Shown in pieces: positions 40,758 to 53,594 of a DNA stretch of 64,000 nucleotides. Both the position numbers and the translations under genes were made by a program. Source of the DNA: Eledone cirrhosa (taxonomy: Eukaryota); assembly GCA_964016885.1 (NCBI GenBank), contig OZ024741.1, positions 102,238,001 through 102,302,000 of the forward strand. The letters run 5' to 3'. The notes under the pieces were generated by a model. It saw only the letters and a list, made by a program, of their open reading frames with translations. It ran no database searches and was not told where the DNA came from. How positions within the stretch are numbered: the first letter of the stretch is position 1; each line of letters begins with the position of its first letter.

Positions 40758-41499
40758 ATGAGAAGAATGAATACTGCGTGGTTGCAAATGGGTTACATAT
40801 GATAAAAATAGTCCTTCATCAGTGATTTTCCAACCTTCATTAGTATTTCATCGCTTTAAAAATCATATACCTACAGTTGGTGCGAGCAATAAATAAATGA
40901 AGCTATTGGGACAAGTAAATCGCATAAAGCGAGCGAGACAAGTAAACAAACATAGAAGGATAGCAACGCAAAGATAGGAAAAAACAAGCACAGGGAGTCC
41001 AATCAGCTTAAGCTGTGTGGATTTCATGGGCGAGAGACAGCAGACCGTCCGACGTGAGTGAGGTGTGAGCAAGAAAGGACCCCACTTCAGGCCAAACGGA
41101 AGGAAGTGAGAAGGGGAGAAGCAGAGAGTGAGTGAGTGGAAGTGCGAGGAAGAGGCCAGTCGAGAGAAAGTGTAACTGACAGAGGGGCGAAAGAAGGTGA
41201 GAGAAACAGAGAGAGGGGGGAAGCAGTAAGAGAGAAACAGACAAACGCAGTTGGGGAAAATATATATAAAAAACATGAGAAGAATGAATACTGCGTGGTT
41301 GCACATGGGTTACATATGATAAAAATAGTCCTTCATCAGTGATTTTCCAACCTTCATTGGTATTTCATCGCTTTAAAAATCAAATACCTCCAGTTGGTGC
41401 GAGCAATAGCTAAATAAAGCTATTGGGACAAGTAAATCGCGTAAAGCGAGCGAGACAAGTAAACAAACATAGAAGGATAGCAACGCAAAGATAGGAAAA
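40754..41499 (-). repeat. Partial tandem duplication (period ~517 bp), PLE-terminal-repeat-like
   Basis: aaacatgagaagaatgaatactgcgtgg at 40754 and 41271; minus strand carries GAAA..CTGATGA; starts at (TA)n. Confidence 0.8.
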
Positions 41500-41542
41500 G
41501 TATGACCCATATATATGGAATGTAGAAAAGTGTGACACACAC

Positions 41543-41600
<58 letters not shown>

Positions 41601-41618
41601 ACACACACACACACACAC

Positions 41619-41651
<33 letters not shown>

Positions 41652-41684
41652 GTTAAAAGAATAGAGGTGTAACACACAAGTTAT

Positions 41685-42078
41685 TATATATTGGTAAACG
41701 GAATAGAAAATGCTGACAAATTGTTCACAGTTGAAAAATGGTTTAATTAGGAATAAAAGAGTATTAGTGATTGTATGGGTTAATATTCAGTTGTGGTTTT
41801 AAGTTTTTAAGTTTTTACCGGTTGCGCATTTCTAAATGCTTTTCAAAAATAATTTTGAGATAGAGTGTCCGCGCTGTTTGCTCTGATCTGAGCAAACAGC
41901 ACGGAAACTCTATCTCAAAATTATTTTTGAAAAGCATTTAGAAATGCGCAACCGGTAAACACTTAAAAACTTAAAACCACAACTGAATACTAACCCATAC
42001 AATCACTAATACTCTTTTATTCCTAATTAAACCATTTTTCAACTGTGAACAATTTGTCAGCATTTTCTATTCCGTTTA

Positions 42079-42088
<10 letters not shown>
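41685..42088. repeat. Near-perfect ~400-bp palindrome
   Basis: Arms are reverse complements with few mismatches around the centre gctc-tgatct-gagc (~41886). Confidence 0.95.
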
Positions 42089-42154
<66 letters not shown>

Positions 42155-42599
42155 ACACTCTTCTACATTCCATATATATATATATGGAATGTAGAAAAGT
42201 GTGACACACAAGTTGATATATAAAAACAAATAGTAAAAAAGGAAAAAAATACAGTAGAAAATAGTGGAGGGATTTTTTCAGTATAATATCAAAACATTTA
42301 TTTATAAAGTGGGGATTTCCGCATTTAGTCGATACCGGTTTCAGCATTATATGCTTTTTCAACGACGGAAGTGGAAAGTGCAGTTAAATTGCATATTTAT
42401 ACGAATAATAATAAATCACTACTACCGCCTCTGTTGGTCAACACTAACAGAGAGCGAAAGAGAGTTTCGGACAGACATATGAACTTTTCTCCCTAAATAT
42501 GTATGTAAAAACTAATAATTTTTCTTCTCCATTTTATTATCATTCGTATAAATATGCAACTTTTGTATTTTATCTCTTTCAATTCAATTCAATATATTT

Positions 42600-44335
42600 G
42601 GCAGAAAATAAAACATAGATGCTTTAGATGCTATGTAAGGAGGGGAGAGGGGCAACATTTACACAGTCGGAAACACAGTGGTCCAACACCGGTCCAATTT
42701 CGCCTTGAATTGTTGCGTGGTTGGCGCGTTGACTACTTCTTCTGGAAGCCGATTCCAGGGTCCAGAGACGCGGATCGCGAAAGCAGCTTTCCGTCTATTT
42801 TAGGCGAGAGCGGCGGTGAAACAGCTTTTTGTCATGTCCACGTAGACCCCTTTCAAGTGCCGGAGTGAATAGGAGATCTTGAGGGAGATCGTAATGGCCA
42901 TTGAAGAGATTGTAAGCCAAAATGAGATCGCCTCGTAGCCGTCGACGCTCCACGGAGAAGAGGTTCAGCTTCTGCAGCCGGCTTTCGTAGGGCAGCTCAT
43001 GAAGACCCTGTACCATTCGAGTCGTTAGTTGTTGAACTCACTCCAAGTGATGGATATCCCGGATGAGATATGGGTTTGATGCTTGGATGCCATATTCTAG
43101 GTTCGGTCTCACGAGGGCGACATAGAGAGGCCTGAAAATTTCTGGAGTGAGTTTGGCAAAGGAGCGTCGAATAAGAAAAAGAGAGCTTCTTGCCCTGTTT
43201 GCGGCTTAAATGCAATGTGTTGATAGTTTGAAGGACGAGTCGACCAGCAGACCAAGATCTTTAGTCTCCTCAAGCTCCTTCAAAGGAGCAGTGCCACCGT
43301 TGAAGAGCTGAGTTATAAGTTGTACCCACTGCCATATGGCAACACTTATCGACATTGAGGTATAAATCCCTATCAATGGACCAACTCCATGCGCGCTGGA
43401 GGCTGGACTTTAGATTGTCGATCTCGCTCCTACGGGCTACCATTTTCACATCATCTACAAATAGGAGCACGTTTCCACCAATCACGTCCGGCATGTCTTT
43501 GATGTATAGAAGGAAGATAATTGGGCCCAACACAGAGCCCTGGGGTACGCCACTGCCTACACCCACCCCCGATGACAGACTGCCATTGATCCGAACTCTG
43601 CAAGTACGACCCTCAAGAAATGATCCAATCCACTTTATAATCGAGTCATGGAGACCATAGTTGCTGAGATTATACAGGAGCAGGCGGTGGTTGACAGATT
43701 CAAAGGCTTTGGCGTAGTCGAGAAAGATAATATCGGCCGCATCTCCATCGTCCATTATCCTCGTCACCCATTCTTCCATCACGAGGTTTGTGAGACAGGA
43801 ACGTTTAGGGATGAAACTGTGTTCAGATGGAGAGATGGCAGTGAAAGACGCAAGATGAGCCATAATTGCCTGCTTGATTAGAGATTCCAATGCCTTACAG
43901 ACAATTAAGGTGAGGCTCACAGCTCTGTAGTTCCCCGGGTCTTCTTTGTCGCCTTTTTTAAAGATAGGGCAAATTGTAGCTACTTTCCAGTCGGCAGGAA
44001 CAACTCCGGTAGCCAATGATAGGTTGAATAGTGTGGCTAGAGGTTTAGCAAGGTTGGGTGCAACTGCATCCCAAATCGCTGGATGTAGACCGTCTGAACC
44101 ATGCCCCTTATGCACATCTAAGGACAAAAGCAACTTTTCACCTCGTCCGGTCTGACGGTGGTTGGCTGCATTGGTGGGGGGATCATGTTTAGATTTAGAG
44201 GTTCTCGGCCATCGTCCACTTTGAAGATATTTGCGAAAACATCGGCAAAAAGAGGAGCTTGTTGGTCAGCGTGTTAAATAACTACACCTTCGGCGTTTCT
44301 GAGAGTGACAATTTAGTTATTCAGTTTTTGATTTC
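42600..44335 (-). mobile_element. CR1-clade LINE 3' fragment (RT)
   Basis: PIFKKGDKEDPGNYR, LDYAKAF, GVPQGSVLGP, FVDDVK and LFSVERRRLRGDLI; frameshifted. Confidence 0.9.
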
Positions 44336-44349
44336 TCTGCACGTGAGCT

Positions 44350-44443
44350 CTGATGAAGGCGTGCCAAAATTTTGGTACCCTTGAAATATATATAATAAAA
44401 TAAATATGGTTCTATAAAGATAGTTTCCATTTATTAATATTAT

Positions 44444-44448
<5 letters not shown>
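44350..44448 (+). mobile_element. Truncated hammerhead-bearing terminus (same family as 30230-30346)
   Basis: CTGATGAaggcgtgccaa/ttggtacccttGAAAtatatata; 5' strand of stem I is missing; ends in (TA)n. Confidence 0.7.
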
Positions 44449-44477
<29 letters not shown>

Positions 44478-44514
44478 TGGTCGGTCAAGGTGATCAAGGT
44501 GATATATATATATA

Positions 44515-45781
44515 CAGGGGTTGGACAAAATAATGGAAACACCTAGCGTCATAGCATCATAATTTTGAAATATCTATAAAACCGTCAAAAGCTTGTTTTT
44601 TTAATGTTTTTTGATTTATTATTAGTGTTGCTTAATATGTTTTGTTAGAATTGCTGTTTCTTTTCAGATATCATCAGAAAAAGGCGATTAAAATTCATTA
44701 AAATGACAGATCTATCGGACTTTCAAAGAGGTCAAATTGTTGGTGCTCGTATGGCAGGCGCTAGCGTAACGAAAACAGCCGAAATGTTTGGTGTATAAAG
44801 AAGTACTGTCTCGAAAGTAATGACAGCCTTTGAGAAAGAGGGAAAAACCTCCTGATCGAAACAAAACTCCGGAAGAAAACCAAAACTTTCAGATAGGGAC
44901 CGTCGAACTCTTACGCGAATTGTTAGAAAGGATCACAAATGTACAGCTCCGAAAATTACTATAGAGCTTAATGACCACCTCGAGAACCCTGTTTCCACAA
45001 AACCTGTTCGCCGGGAGCTGTACAAAGCCTGATTTCAGGGAGGGTTGCAATCAGAAAACCACTACTTTCAAAAACAAACGTTGCAAAGCGTTTAGAGTGG
45101 AGTAAAAACCTACAGAATTGATCCCTAGAGTAGTGGAAGAATGTTATTTTCTCGGACGAGTCATCCTTTACCTTATTTCCGACCACCGGTCGAGTATACG
45201 TGTGGAGACAGCCAAAAGAAGCATTTGACCCAGACTGCCTTCTTCTAACTGTTAAACATGGAGGAGGATCTGTAATAATCTGGGGGGCTATATCTTGGAA
45301 ATCCGCCGGCCCAATGGTTTCCCTTCATGGCAGAATTAATAGTCAAGACTATTTAAGCATTTTATCTGATCAAATTCATCCTATGGTTGCGGAACTGTTT
45401 CCGGAAGGAAACGCAATCTTTCAGGATGATAATGCACCAATTCACACAGCTAAAGTTGTTACTGAATGGCACGAGGAACATTCTAGTGAAGTTGAACATC
45501 TTATCTGGCCACCACAGTCCCCAGATCTCAATATTATTGAACATTTATGGTGCATTTTAGAAAAACAAGTAAGGAGTCGATATCCTCCACCATCATCACT
45601 ACAAGAACTGGAGACTGTTTTAGCTGAAGAATGGACAAAATTCCTTTGGAAACAATTCAAACTTTGTACGAGTCGATAGCTCGTAGAATTCAAGGTGTAA
45701 TTACTGCCAAAGGCGGTCCTACCCCATATTAAAATAAATTTGTTTGAAATTTTAAGGTGTTTCCATTATTTTGTCCAACCC

Positions 45782-45784
<3 letters not shown>
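44515..45784 (+). mobile_element. Full-length Tc1/mariner DNA transposon
   Basis: 30-bp perfect TIRs caggggttggacaaaataatggaaacacct, flanked by TA. Confidence 0.95.
44703..45732 (+). pseudogene. Tc1 DDE transposase pseudogene
   Basis: MTDLSDFQRGQIVGAR, FSDES, TVKHGGGS, FQDDNAPIH, SPDLNIIE and GGPTPY*; several premature stops and a frameshift. Confidence 0.9.
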
Positions 45785-45847
<63 letters not shown>

Positions 45848-45865
45848 CTATATATATAAAAAAAA

Positions 45866-45896
<31 letters not shown>

Positions 45897-46119
45897 CTGT
45901 ATATGTATATATATATATCAAACGTCTCTTACATCTATTGAAAAACGATCTATTTCGTTTCTCATTGAAAGTGTAGTTTGTCTGGGTAAAAAGAATGAAT
46001 TACATATTTTTAAACGAGAGCTCAACTGAACAACACATACAATCATACATACCTTGTCTCTCTTTCTCACCATATTAGGGCAATTTAACCTGCCCGGCCT
46101 CCTTTTATTTTACTTTATA

Positions 46120-46259
<140 letters not shown>

Positions 46260-46427
46260 TACACAATTAAATGCGTCCGTAGCACTCGATTATTATAGAT
46301 AACAAAGAATCAGTAATGATCAAACCACAATTTATTAACATATTCCATCTGTTCTCCGTCGATCAGCTCAAGGCAGGATCACAGCTTTGTCAGGTCGTTT
46401 GATTGCAAACGAATCGAATATTATTAT

Positions 46428-46603
46428 TGGCAGTATCGGTAGAGGGTCGGACATGCTTTCCAGCATAGTTACGTCACTTTACAATCTGAGTTCAAATCCC
46501 GCCGAGGTTAACTTTGCCTTTCATCCATACGGGGTCGATAATATAAAGAACCAGTAATGTACTGGGTAATTGCTGGCCTTATGCCAAAAGTAGAAACAAT
46601 TAT
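46428..46603 (+). mobile_element. Deu/Nin SINE
   Basis: Family match with B box gagttcaaatc. Confidence 0.85.
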
Positions 46604-46615
46604 TAATGTACATAC

Positions 46616-46716
<101 letters not shown>

Positions 46717-47024
46717 TATGAATACTTACATTTATGTATCAGCTGCACTGGAGCAAGAGGTGAAATTCGAATTTATATATATATACGAGTTGATCTGATA
46801 ATCCGACCATGGAAGCTATGTTTCTATTGTTTCTTCTATTACTAATGTTAACTGCCGGCCGTAACTCTTGGCGGAAGAAGGTGGCATTTGATCTCGGAAA
46901 CATTCAGGTTTTTTTTATTTATCCCGGAAAGCATCTGGTATTTTATTTATCGACCCCGAAAGAATGGAAGGTAAAGTTGATCTCGTCGAGATTTGAACTC
47001 CGAGAGAGAGAGAGAGAGAGAGAG

Positions 47025-47079
<55 letters not shown>

Positions 47080-47179
47080 GTTATAACCTGGTTGGTTATA
47101 TTCGTAGTAGCAGAGCAATCCGTCCATGGGACGAGTTTGGTAGAAATAATTCCACAACAGTTAGTTAACCATTCCTTAC

Positions 47180-48050
47180 TATTCTTAATCCGGCACCTAT
47201 CATTAATTTGAATCCGGCATTTATACTTATTAATTTTAATCAGGAATTTATAGTTATTAATTTTAATTCGGCGCTGACCTTTATTATTTTTAATACGACA
47301 GAGCGGTGGATTGGCAGTATCGGTAGAGGGTCGGACGCCATGCTTTGACGTATATAGTTACGGCCCTTGCCATTCTGAGTTCAAATCCCGCCAAGGTTAA
47401 CTTTGCCTTTCATCCTTACGGGGTCGATTAAATAAAGTACCAGTAATGTACTGGGTAATTGCTGGCCTTGTGCCAAAAGTAGAAACAATTATTTTTAATA
47501 CGACACTTAAATTTACTATTTTTAATCCGGCACTGACCCTTATTATTTTAAATCCAGCACTGATCATTTGGGTTTTTAACCCGGCACTTAAATTTACAAT
47601 TTTTAAATCCAGCATTTATCCTTATTAATTTTAATCCGGCATTTATCCTAATCCATTTTAATCCGGCACTGTCCCTTCCTATTTTTAATCCGGCACTTAA
47701 ATTTAATCCGATATTTAACCTGATTAATTTTAAACTGTCATTGAGCCTTATTTTTTTTAATCCGACAGTGATCATTTGTGTTTTTAATCCGGCACTTGAA
47801 TTTACTATTTTTATTCTGGCACTGATCCCTAGTGTTTTTAAACCGGCACTGACCCTTATTATTTTAAATCCGGCACTTATCTTTATTAATTTTAATCCGG
47901 CACTTACCCTTATTACTTTTAATCCGTTACTGACACTTATTATTTTTAAAGCGGCACTTACCCTTATTAATTTTAATCCGGCAGTGACCATTGGTGTTTT
48001 TAACCCGGCACTTAAATTTACTATTTTTAACCCGTATCAGTTCCGGATTA
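47180..48050. repeat. Degenerate ~27-bp minisatellite (ttttaatccggcacttacccttattaa-like)
   Basis: Recurrent aatccggcact at roughly 27-bp spacing. Confidence 0.85.
47301..47490 (+). mobile_element. Full-length Deu/Nin SINE with 18-bp TSD
   Basis: attatttttaatacgaca at 47283-47300 and 47488-47505. Confidence 0.9.
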
Positions 48051-48306
48051 AAAATAATAAAGGGTTTTTGAACAACTAGAACACTTGGGAAATTCGTTGT
48101 ATGGTCAACATACTATTTTCCCTGTCAGTGGTAAGAATCTCTCAGGAAAGCAGAACAGTAGAAAATCTTCAGAGAAAACGACTCAACTCAAGCAAGTGTT
48201 TCGGCCCTTAACTTCTATCATAAGGAAAATGAGTAAACAATCTGAAATATATGTTCATACTATTCAGGTCGATTTCTAGCATTCTATCTCGCTATCTCCA
48301 CCCCCC

Positions 48307-48355
<49 letters not shown>

Positions 48356-48358
<3 letters not shown>

Positions 48359-49680
48359 GCAGCTCAGTAACCCCCTCTTTTACCGCCCTCTACCCTCCGA
48401 TCCCACCCCCCTCTACCAACAACAAGTCTCCTCCACCATCAAAGACCTTATCGCCTCCTCCCTCCTCCCCCCCACCGCTTCCCACCTCATCGTCCGCACC
48501 CCCCGCAACCCCACCATCTACTTCCTCCCCAAACTCCACAAACCCGACAACCCCGGCCGCCCCTTCGTCTCCGCTTGCAACTGCCCCACCGAACTCATCT
48601 CCGCCTTTCTCGACTCCCTCCTCGTCCCCCTTGTCACCACCCTCCCCTCCCACATCTCTGACACCAACCACGCCCTGCGCCTTTTCGACTCCTTCACCTA
48701 CCTACCCGGCCCTCAGCCATTCCTCTTCACCCTAGACATCAAGTCCCTCTATACCGTCATCCCCCACGCCGACGGCCTTCGCGCCCTCAAACACTACCTC
48801 GACCTTCGCCCCTCCCCCATTCCCTCCACCCCCACCCTCCTTCGCCTCGCCGAGCTGGTCCTCACCCTAAATTGTTTCTCCTTCTCGGGTGAGTTTTACC
48901 AACAAGTCACGGGGGTAGCCATGGGTACAAGAATGGGCCCGAACTATGCCAACCTTTTGGTTGGCCATGTTTAGGCCCAAATCTTTGCCCAGTACACCGG
49001 CCCCACGCCCGAACTGTACGGTCGTTACATTGACGACTGTATCGGAGCCACGACCCTCACCCGAGTACAGCTCGACTCCTTTCTCTCCTTCTTCTGCTCC
49101 TTCCACCCCTCCCTCCACTTCACCACCTCTATCTCCACCACCCACGTCCACTTCTTGGACATCTCCGTCACCTTCGACCCCTCCCACCACTCCCTCGTCA
49201 CCTCCGCCTTCTTCAAATCCACCGACTCACACTCTTACCTCGACTTCACCTCTTCCCACCCCACCCACACTAAACTCTCCATTCCCTACTCCCAACTTCT
49301 CAGGATCCGCCGCCTCTGTAGCCGAGATGCTGACTTCGAGTCCCAGGCCCTTTCCCTAGTCAGCCGTTTCATCCGCAGAGGTTACCCCCCCTCTCTCGTC
49401 CACACCGCTCTCACCCGCGCCCGTGCTATCCCCCGCTCCACCACCCTCACCCCACGCCACCGCACACCCACCCACCGTCTCCCCTTCCCCATCACCTACC
49501 ACCCCTCCACCTTACTCCTCCACCGCATCATCCGCCGCCTCTTCCGACACCTCCAGTCCGACCCCTCCACCTCCCACATCTTCCCAACCCCACCACTCCC
49601 CTCCTTCAAACGCGCACGCAATCTCCGCACCCTCCTCGTCCACAGCTCCCTACCCCCCAACCCACGATCCGTTTCCCCCC
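48356..49680 (+). mobile_element. C-rich Penelope-like RT fragment
   Basis: PKLHKPDNPGRPFVSAC, FTLDIKSLYTVIP, GVAMGTRMGPNYANL, RYIDD, FLDISV and KSTDSHSYLDFTSSHP; one stop near 48972. Confidence 0.9.
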
Positions 49681-49688
49681 CGGAGAAA

Positions 49689-50247
49689 ATGTTTACAAAC
49701 ACACCGAGCATTATAATAAATGTTCGGTGAATCCATACGTGCATATATATATGTGTGCATGTATGTATATATATATATACATACTACTGTACGTCGGTAT
49801 ACATATATGTATGTACGTGTACATACTTATATTTAAGTAACAGCCGTACTAAGAGTGGGAAATGAAATATCGTTTCATTTTCTCCGTTTATCGTTTTCGG
49901 TGCACCCGGCCGATTAACCCACTCGATATGCAAATTGGGCTACTCAGCCGTTAATATGCATAAGGTAAGTATATACGTTCAACAATCTGGCAGGAAGGTA
50001 TACGTTGCTGACGATAGCTAACAAGCTTGAAACTAGTACAGCGTTCCTTTGTCAGTGTTGAACAAACGAGCAACGGTGGTTGCTAGACACTACGGCTTAA
50101 TACGGGATGTTTGTTTACAAACACACCGAGCATTATAATAAATGTTCGGTGAATCCATACGTGCATATATATATGTGTGCATGTATGTATATATATATAT
50201 ACATACTACTGTACGTCGGTATACATATATGTATGTACGTGTACATA

Positions 50248-50250
<3 letters not shown>
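49689..50250 (+). mobile_element. Minimal-hammerhead repeat family, ~1.3 tandem units (period 422)
   Basis: gtttacaaacacaccgagc at 49691 and 50113; hammerhead acgttg-CTGACGA-tagctaacaagctt-GAAA-ctag-TA-cagcgt at 50002-50044. Confidence 0.85.
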
Positions 50251-50310
<60 letters not shown>

Positions 50311-50794
50311 TATATATGTATATATATATATATGTGTGTGTGCATGCGTGCGTATGTGTCTGTGTATATGTATGTATATATATGTGTGTGTCTGTATGTG
50401 TGTTTGTTTGTGTGGGCGTGCATGCGTGTGCGCATGTGTTTTATTTGTATGTATGTCTCTCTTTCTTTTCCTCCCTCGTCTCTCTCTCTCTCTCTTACTC
50501 TCTCTCTCTCTATATATATATACTGTATATATATATATATATATATGCACGCGCGGATATATTACAAACCGTCGCTTTTTGTTTATATAGATACCTTGTC
50601 ATCAACTAATTATCGGAAATGTCTAGAAGTGTTTCTTTAATATACATATATATATGCATATCTATATCTCTCAACCTAAACACCACGCACACACACACAC
50701 ACACACATACACACATACACACATACACACACACATATATATATACAATGAAATATATACAATGAAATATATATATATGGATATATATCTACCT

Positions 50795-50935
<141 letters not shown>

Positions 50936-51059
50936 TATATATGTATGCGTATATGTCCAGTAAATTTTACAAATATATATACAAATATGTACATATACAG
51001 TCTGGTTATACGCTTGGCCCAGTTTTAAGTGTACTTTTAATAGAATCTATTCAAAGTTA

Positions 51060-51390
51060 CCAGATTCTTTATAGCACCGGTAACTGTGTTGGTCCAATTC
51101 TATACCCCAGCATAACCAACATTCCTTCAGAAACATATCTTATAGATGAGTCAATGACCAACAAGTTCTCTCGTGCCAGTGCTACGATAAATGCATCCAG
51201 TACATTCTGTAAGGTGGTTGACAAAAGGAAGGGCAAATAGTAGCCAAAAAGATGCGAGAGGATTCTTTATTTTTGTCAGCGGCGCGCCAATGTCTAGCGT
51301 TTCAATTCTACATGATAAACGTACTATTTATGTACTGTAAACTATTTGGTGAAAGGAAAGGCACCCAGTCGTAGAAAGCTTGCCAAACAA
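51060..51390 (+). mobile_element. Old SINE remnants
   Basis: ccagtacattctgtaaggtggttg..ggaagggca, with a similar segment at ~51466; resembles a cephalopod SINE body. Confidence 0.4.
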
Positions 51391-51989
51391 AGAGTCAAAA
51401 GAACTCTTTAGTTGAGTTACATACATAGCAACCTCCCTAATAATGATGATCTATACGATAAACACACCAGTACACTCTGTAAAGTTGTTAGTGATAATAA
51501 AGGTCCCCTAAAAAAAAAAAAAGGTTGGAAGGACTCCCCAGCTGTGTCATGGATATAACAACCTTCCAAGTACAATACCGATATAACTATAAAATGCATT
51601 AGATATAGTGGGTATAATGCGGGAACCTATATAAGCGAGATATATGTTTCCTGACGCTCCGAGAGATCTGTGACTCTGTGAGTACTAACCCGCTCTGTAA
51701 ACATACCCCACCGCTCACCTTTTGCAAGCTGGGAAGAAGGACGATAAATGATTATGATGATGATGATGACGATATAATTGATTTTGCAGATGAACGGTGA
51801 TCACACAACTGGGCAATTTTATGCAAGATCACAGTATACGTGTAGGTATGTTTATGTGAAACTATATTTATATGCATATAAGATGTGAATGTGTGTATGA
51901 ATATTCATATTTATGTACAGTATTATGTGATGATGTGCATAATACACATCGGCCTTATCTTCATTTATATATTTACAAGCTGAGCTACC

Positions 51990-52216
51990 CATGCAGCCCC
52001 GGCGGTCGGAATAGAGGATGGTGAGGGAGACGCGCTGGAAAATCCATTCCGGCTTGCGAGGCTCACCCCTGCGGGTAGCCAACTCTGTGCCGATGGTGGT
52101 GAGTTGGGAGGTTGCCCTAGAGCCAAGGGCACCAGAAGTCTCCATTGCTATGGGTTCAACAACAAACCTGTCGGAGAGCGACCGATATTTGGCCCAATGT
52201 GCGGCAGAGCCTGGGT
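51990..52216 (-). mobile_element. CRE-like RLE domain fragment
   Basis: KYRSLSDRFVVEPIAMETSGALG...IFQRVSLTI, homologous to the 1533-1900 translation. Confidence 0.7.
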
Positions 52217-52356
52217 TAATTAAAATGTTTACACTGTAGCTTTCACCAAATTTCACCAACTAAGAAGCGTTAAAAAATAAATAAATAAAAATTAGTTATC
52301 GAACTATGCTATGATTTTTCTGTTTTCTTTCTCTCTCTTCCCTAATCCACCTCTCT

Positions 52357-52415
<59 letters not shown>

Positions 52416-52828
52416 CTCTTATCCTCTCTCTCTCATCCCCCCTCTTTCTCTCTTATCTCCTGTCTCTCATCCCCGCTCTCTCTTTCTCTACAGAATGAAG
52501 AACAAAAAAACAAATAAGTTGTTGCCTCGTTTTGGAGGACTGAGTTGTGGGAGGAGAAAGGGGAGTAGTAAGAGGATTTAATATCCCCAGGTTTAATGTT
52601 CCATTTTTATTGAAATCCAATTAGCCAGTCCTGTTCCTGAATATTAGCTTAACACGTGTCTAAACTTTCCTCAGGATTGGATCACTGGTTTAGACGCCAA
52701 CTGGTTACACACACACAGAAATTGCCGTTTATATAGTAGATTTATCGACTATCCTTATTTTTAATTTTCCTAAAGACACCTCAGAGAGATTTGAACGCTG
52801 ATGACGCAGCATTTTATTGTTAATCCAG

Positions 52829-52924
<96 letters not shown>

Positions 52925-53251
52925 ACATACACATACACATACACATATATATGTGCGTGTATATATTTATTTGTTTGTGTGTGTGTATTCGGAGTTAGAG
53001 AAAGAATAATAGAGTGAAAATGAGATTGAGAAAGAGAAATAGAGAGAGAGAGAGGCGGAGCAAATATGATTTAATTTCACTGCATGTATGCTGGCCTTGT
53101 GCTAAAAGGAGGAAACATTTTACTGCATGCTATGTCTTCGGAAGATTTGAAGTAAACGTTAATTATGTATTCTTCTAATGAATGCGTTTGTTATCTCTAA
53201 TAAAAGTTTCATCCGTCCTCACACATACATACAGACAGATATGCATACCCA

Positions 53252-53282
<31 letters not shown>

Positions 53283-53334
53283 CAGGCATACATATACATA
53301 CATATATTTACATACATACATACATACATACACA

Positions 53335-53398
<64 letters not shown>

Positions 53399-53494
53399 CA
53401 TACATATATATACATACCCACACATATATATATATATAAATATACATACATACATATATATATATACATACATACATATATATACATACATACG

Positions 53495-53587
<93 letters not shown>

Positions 53588-53594
53588 GTATATA

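Noticed and set aside
47397-48079. Repetitive ORFs and repeat-spacer appearance (repeat protein or CRISPR)
   Set aside because: Degenerate contiguous minisatellite with no unique spacers and no cas genes, in a eukaryotic context.
48390-49222. Gly/Glu-rich minus ORFs and Pro/Ser-rich plus ORFs
   Set aside because: Shadow frames of the C-rich Penelope RT.
50941-51240. 99-aa plus ORF and a minus-strand exon-like segment with AG/GT borders
   Set aside because: The minus segment has stops in all frames and overlaps what looks like an old SINE body.
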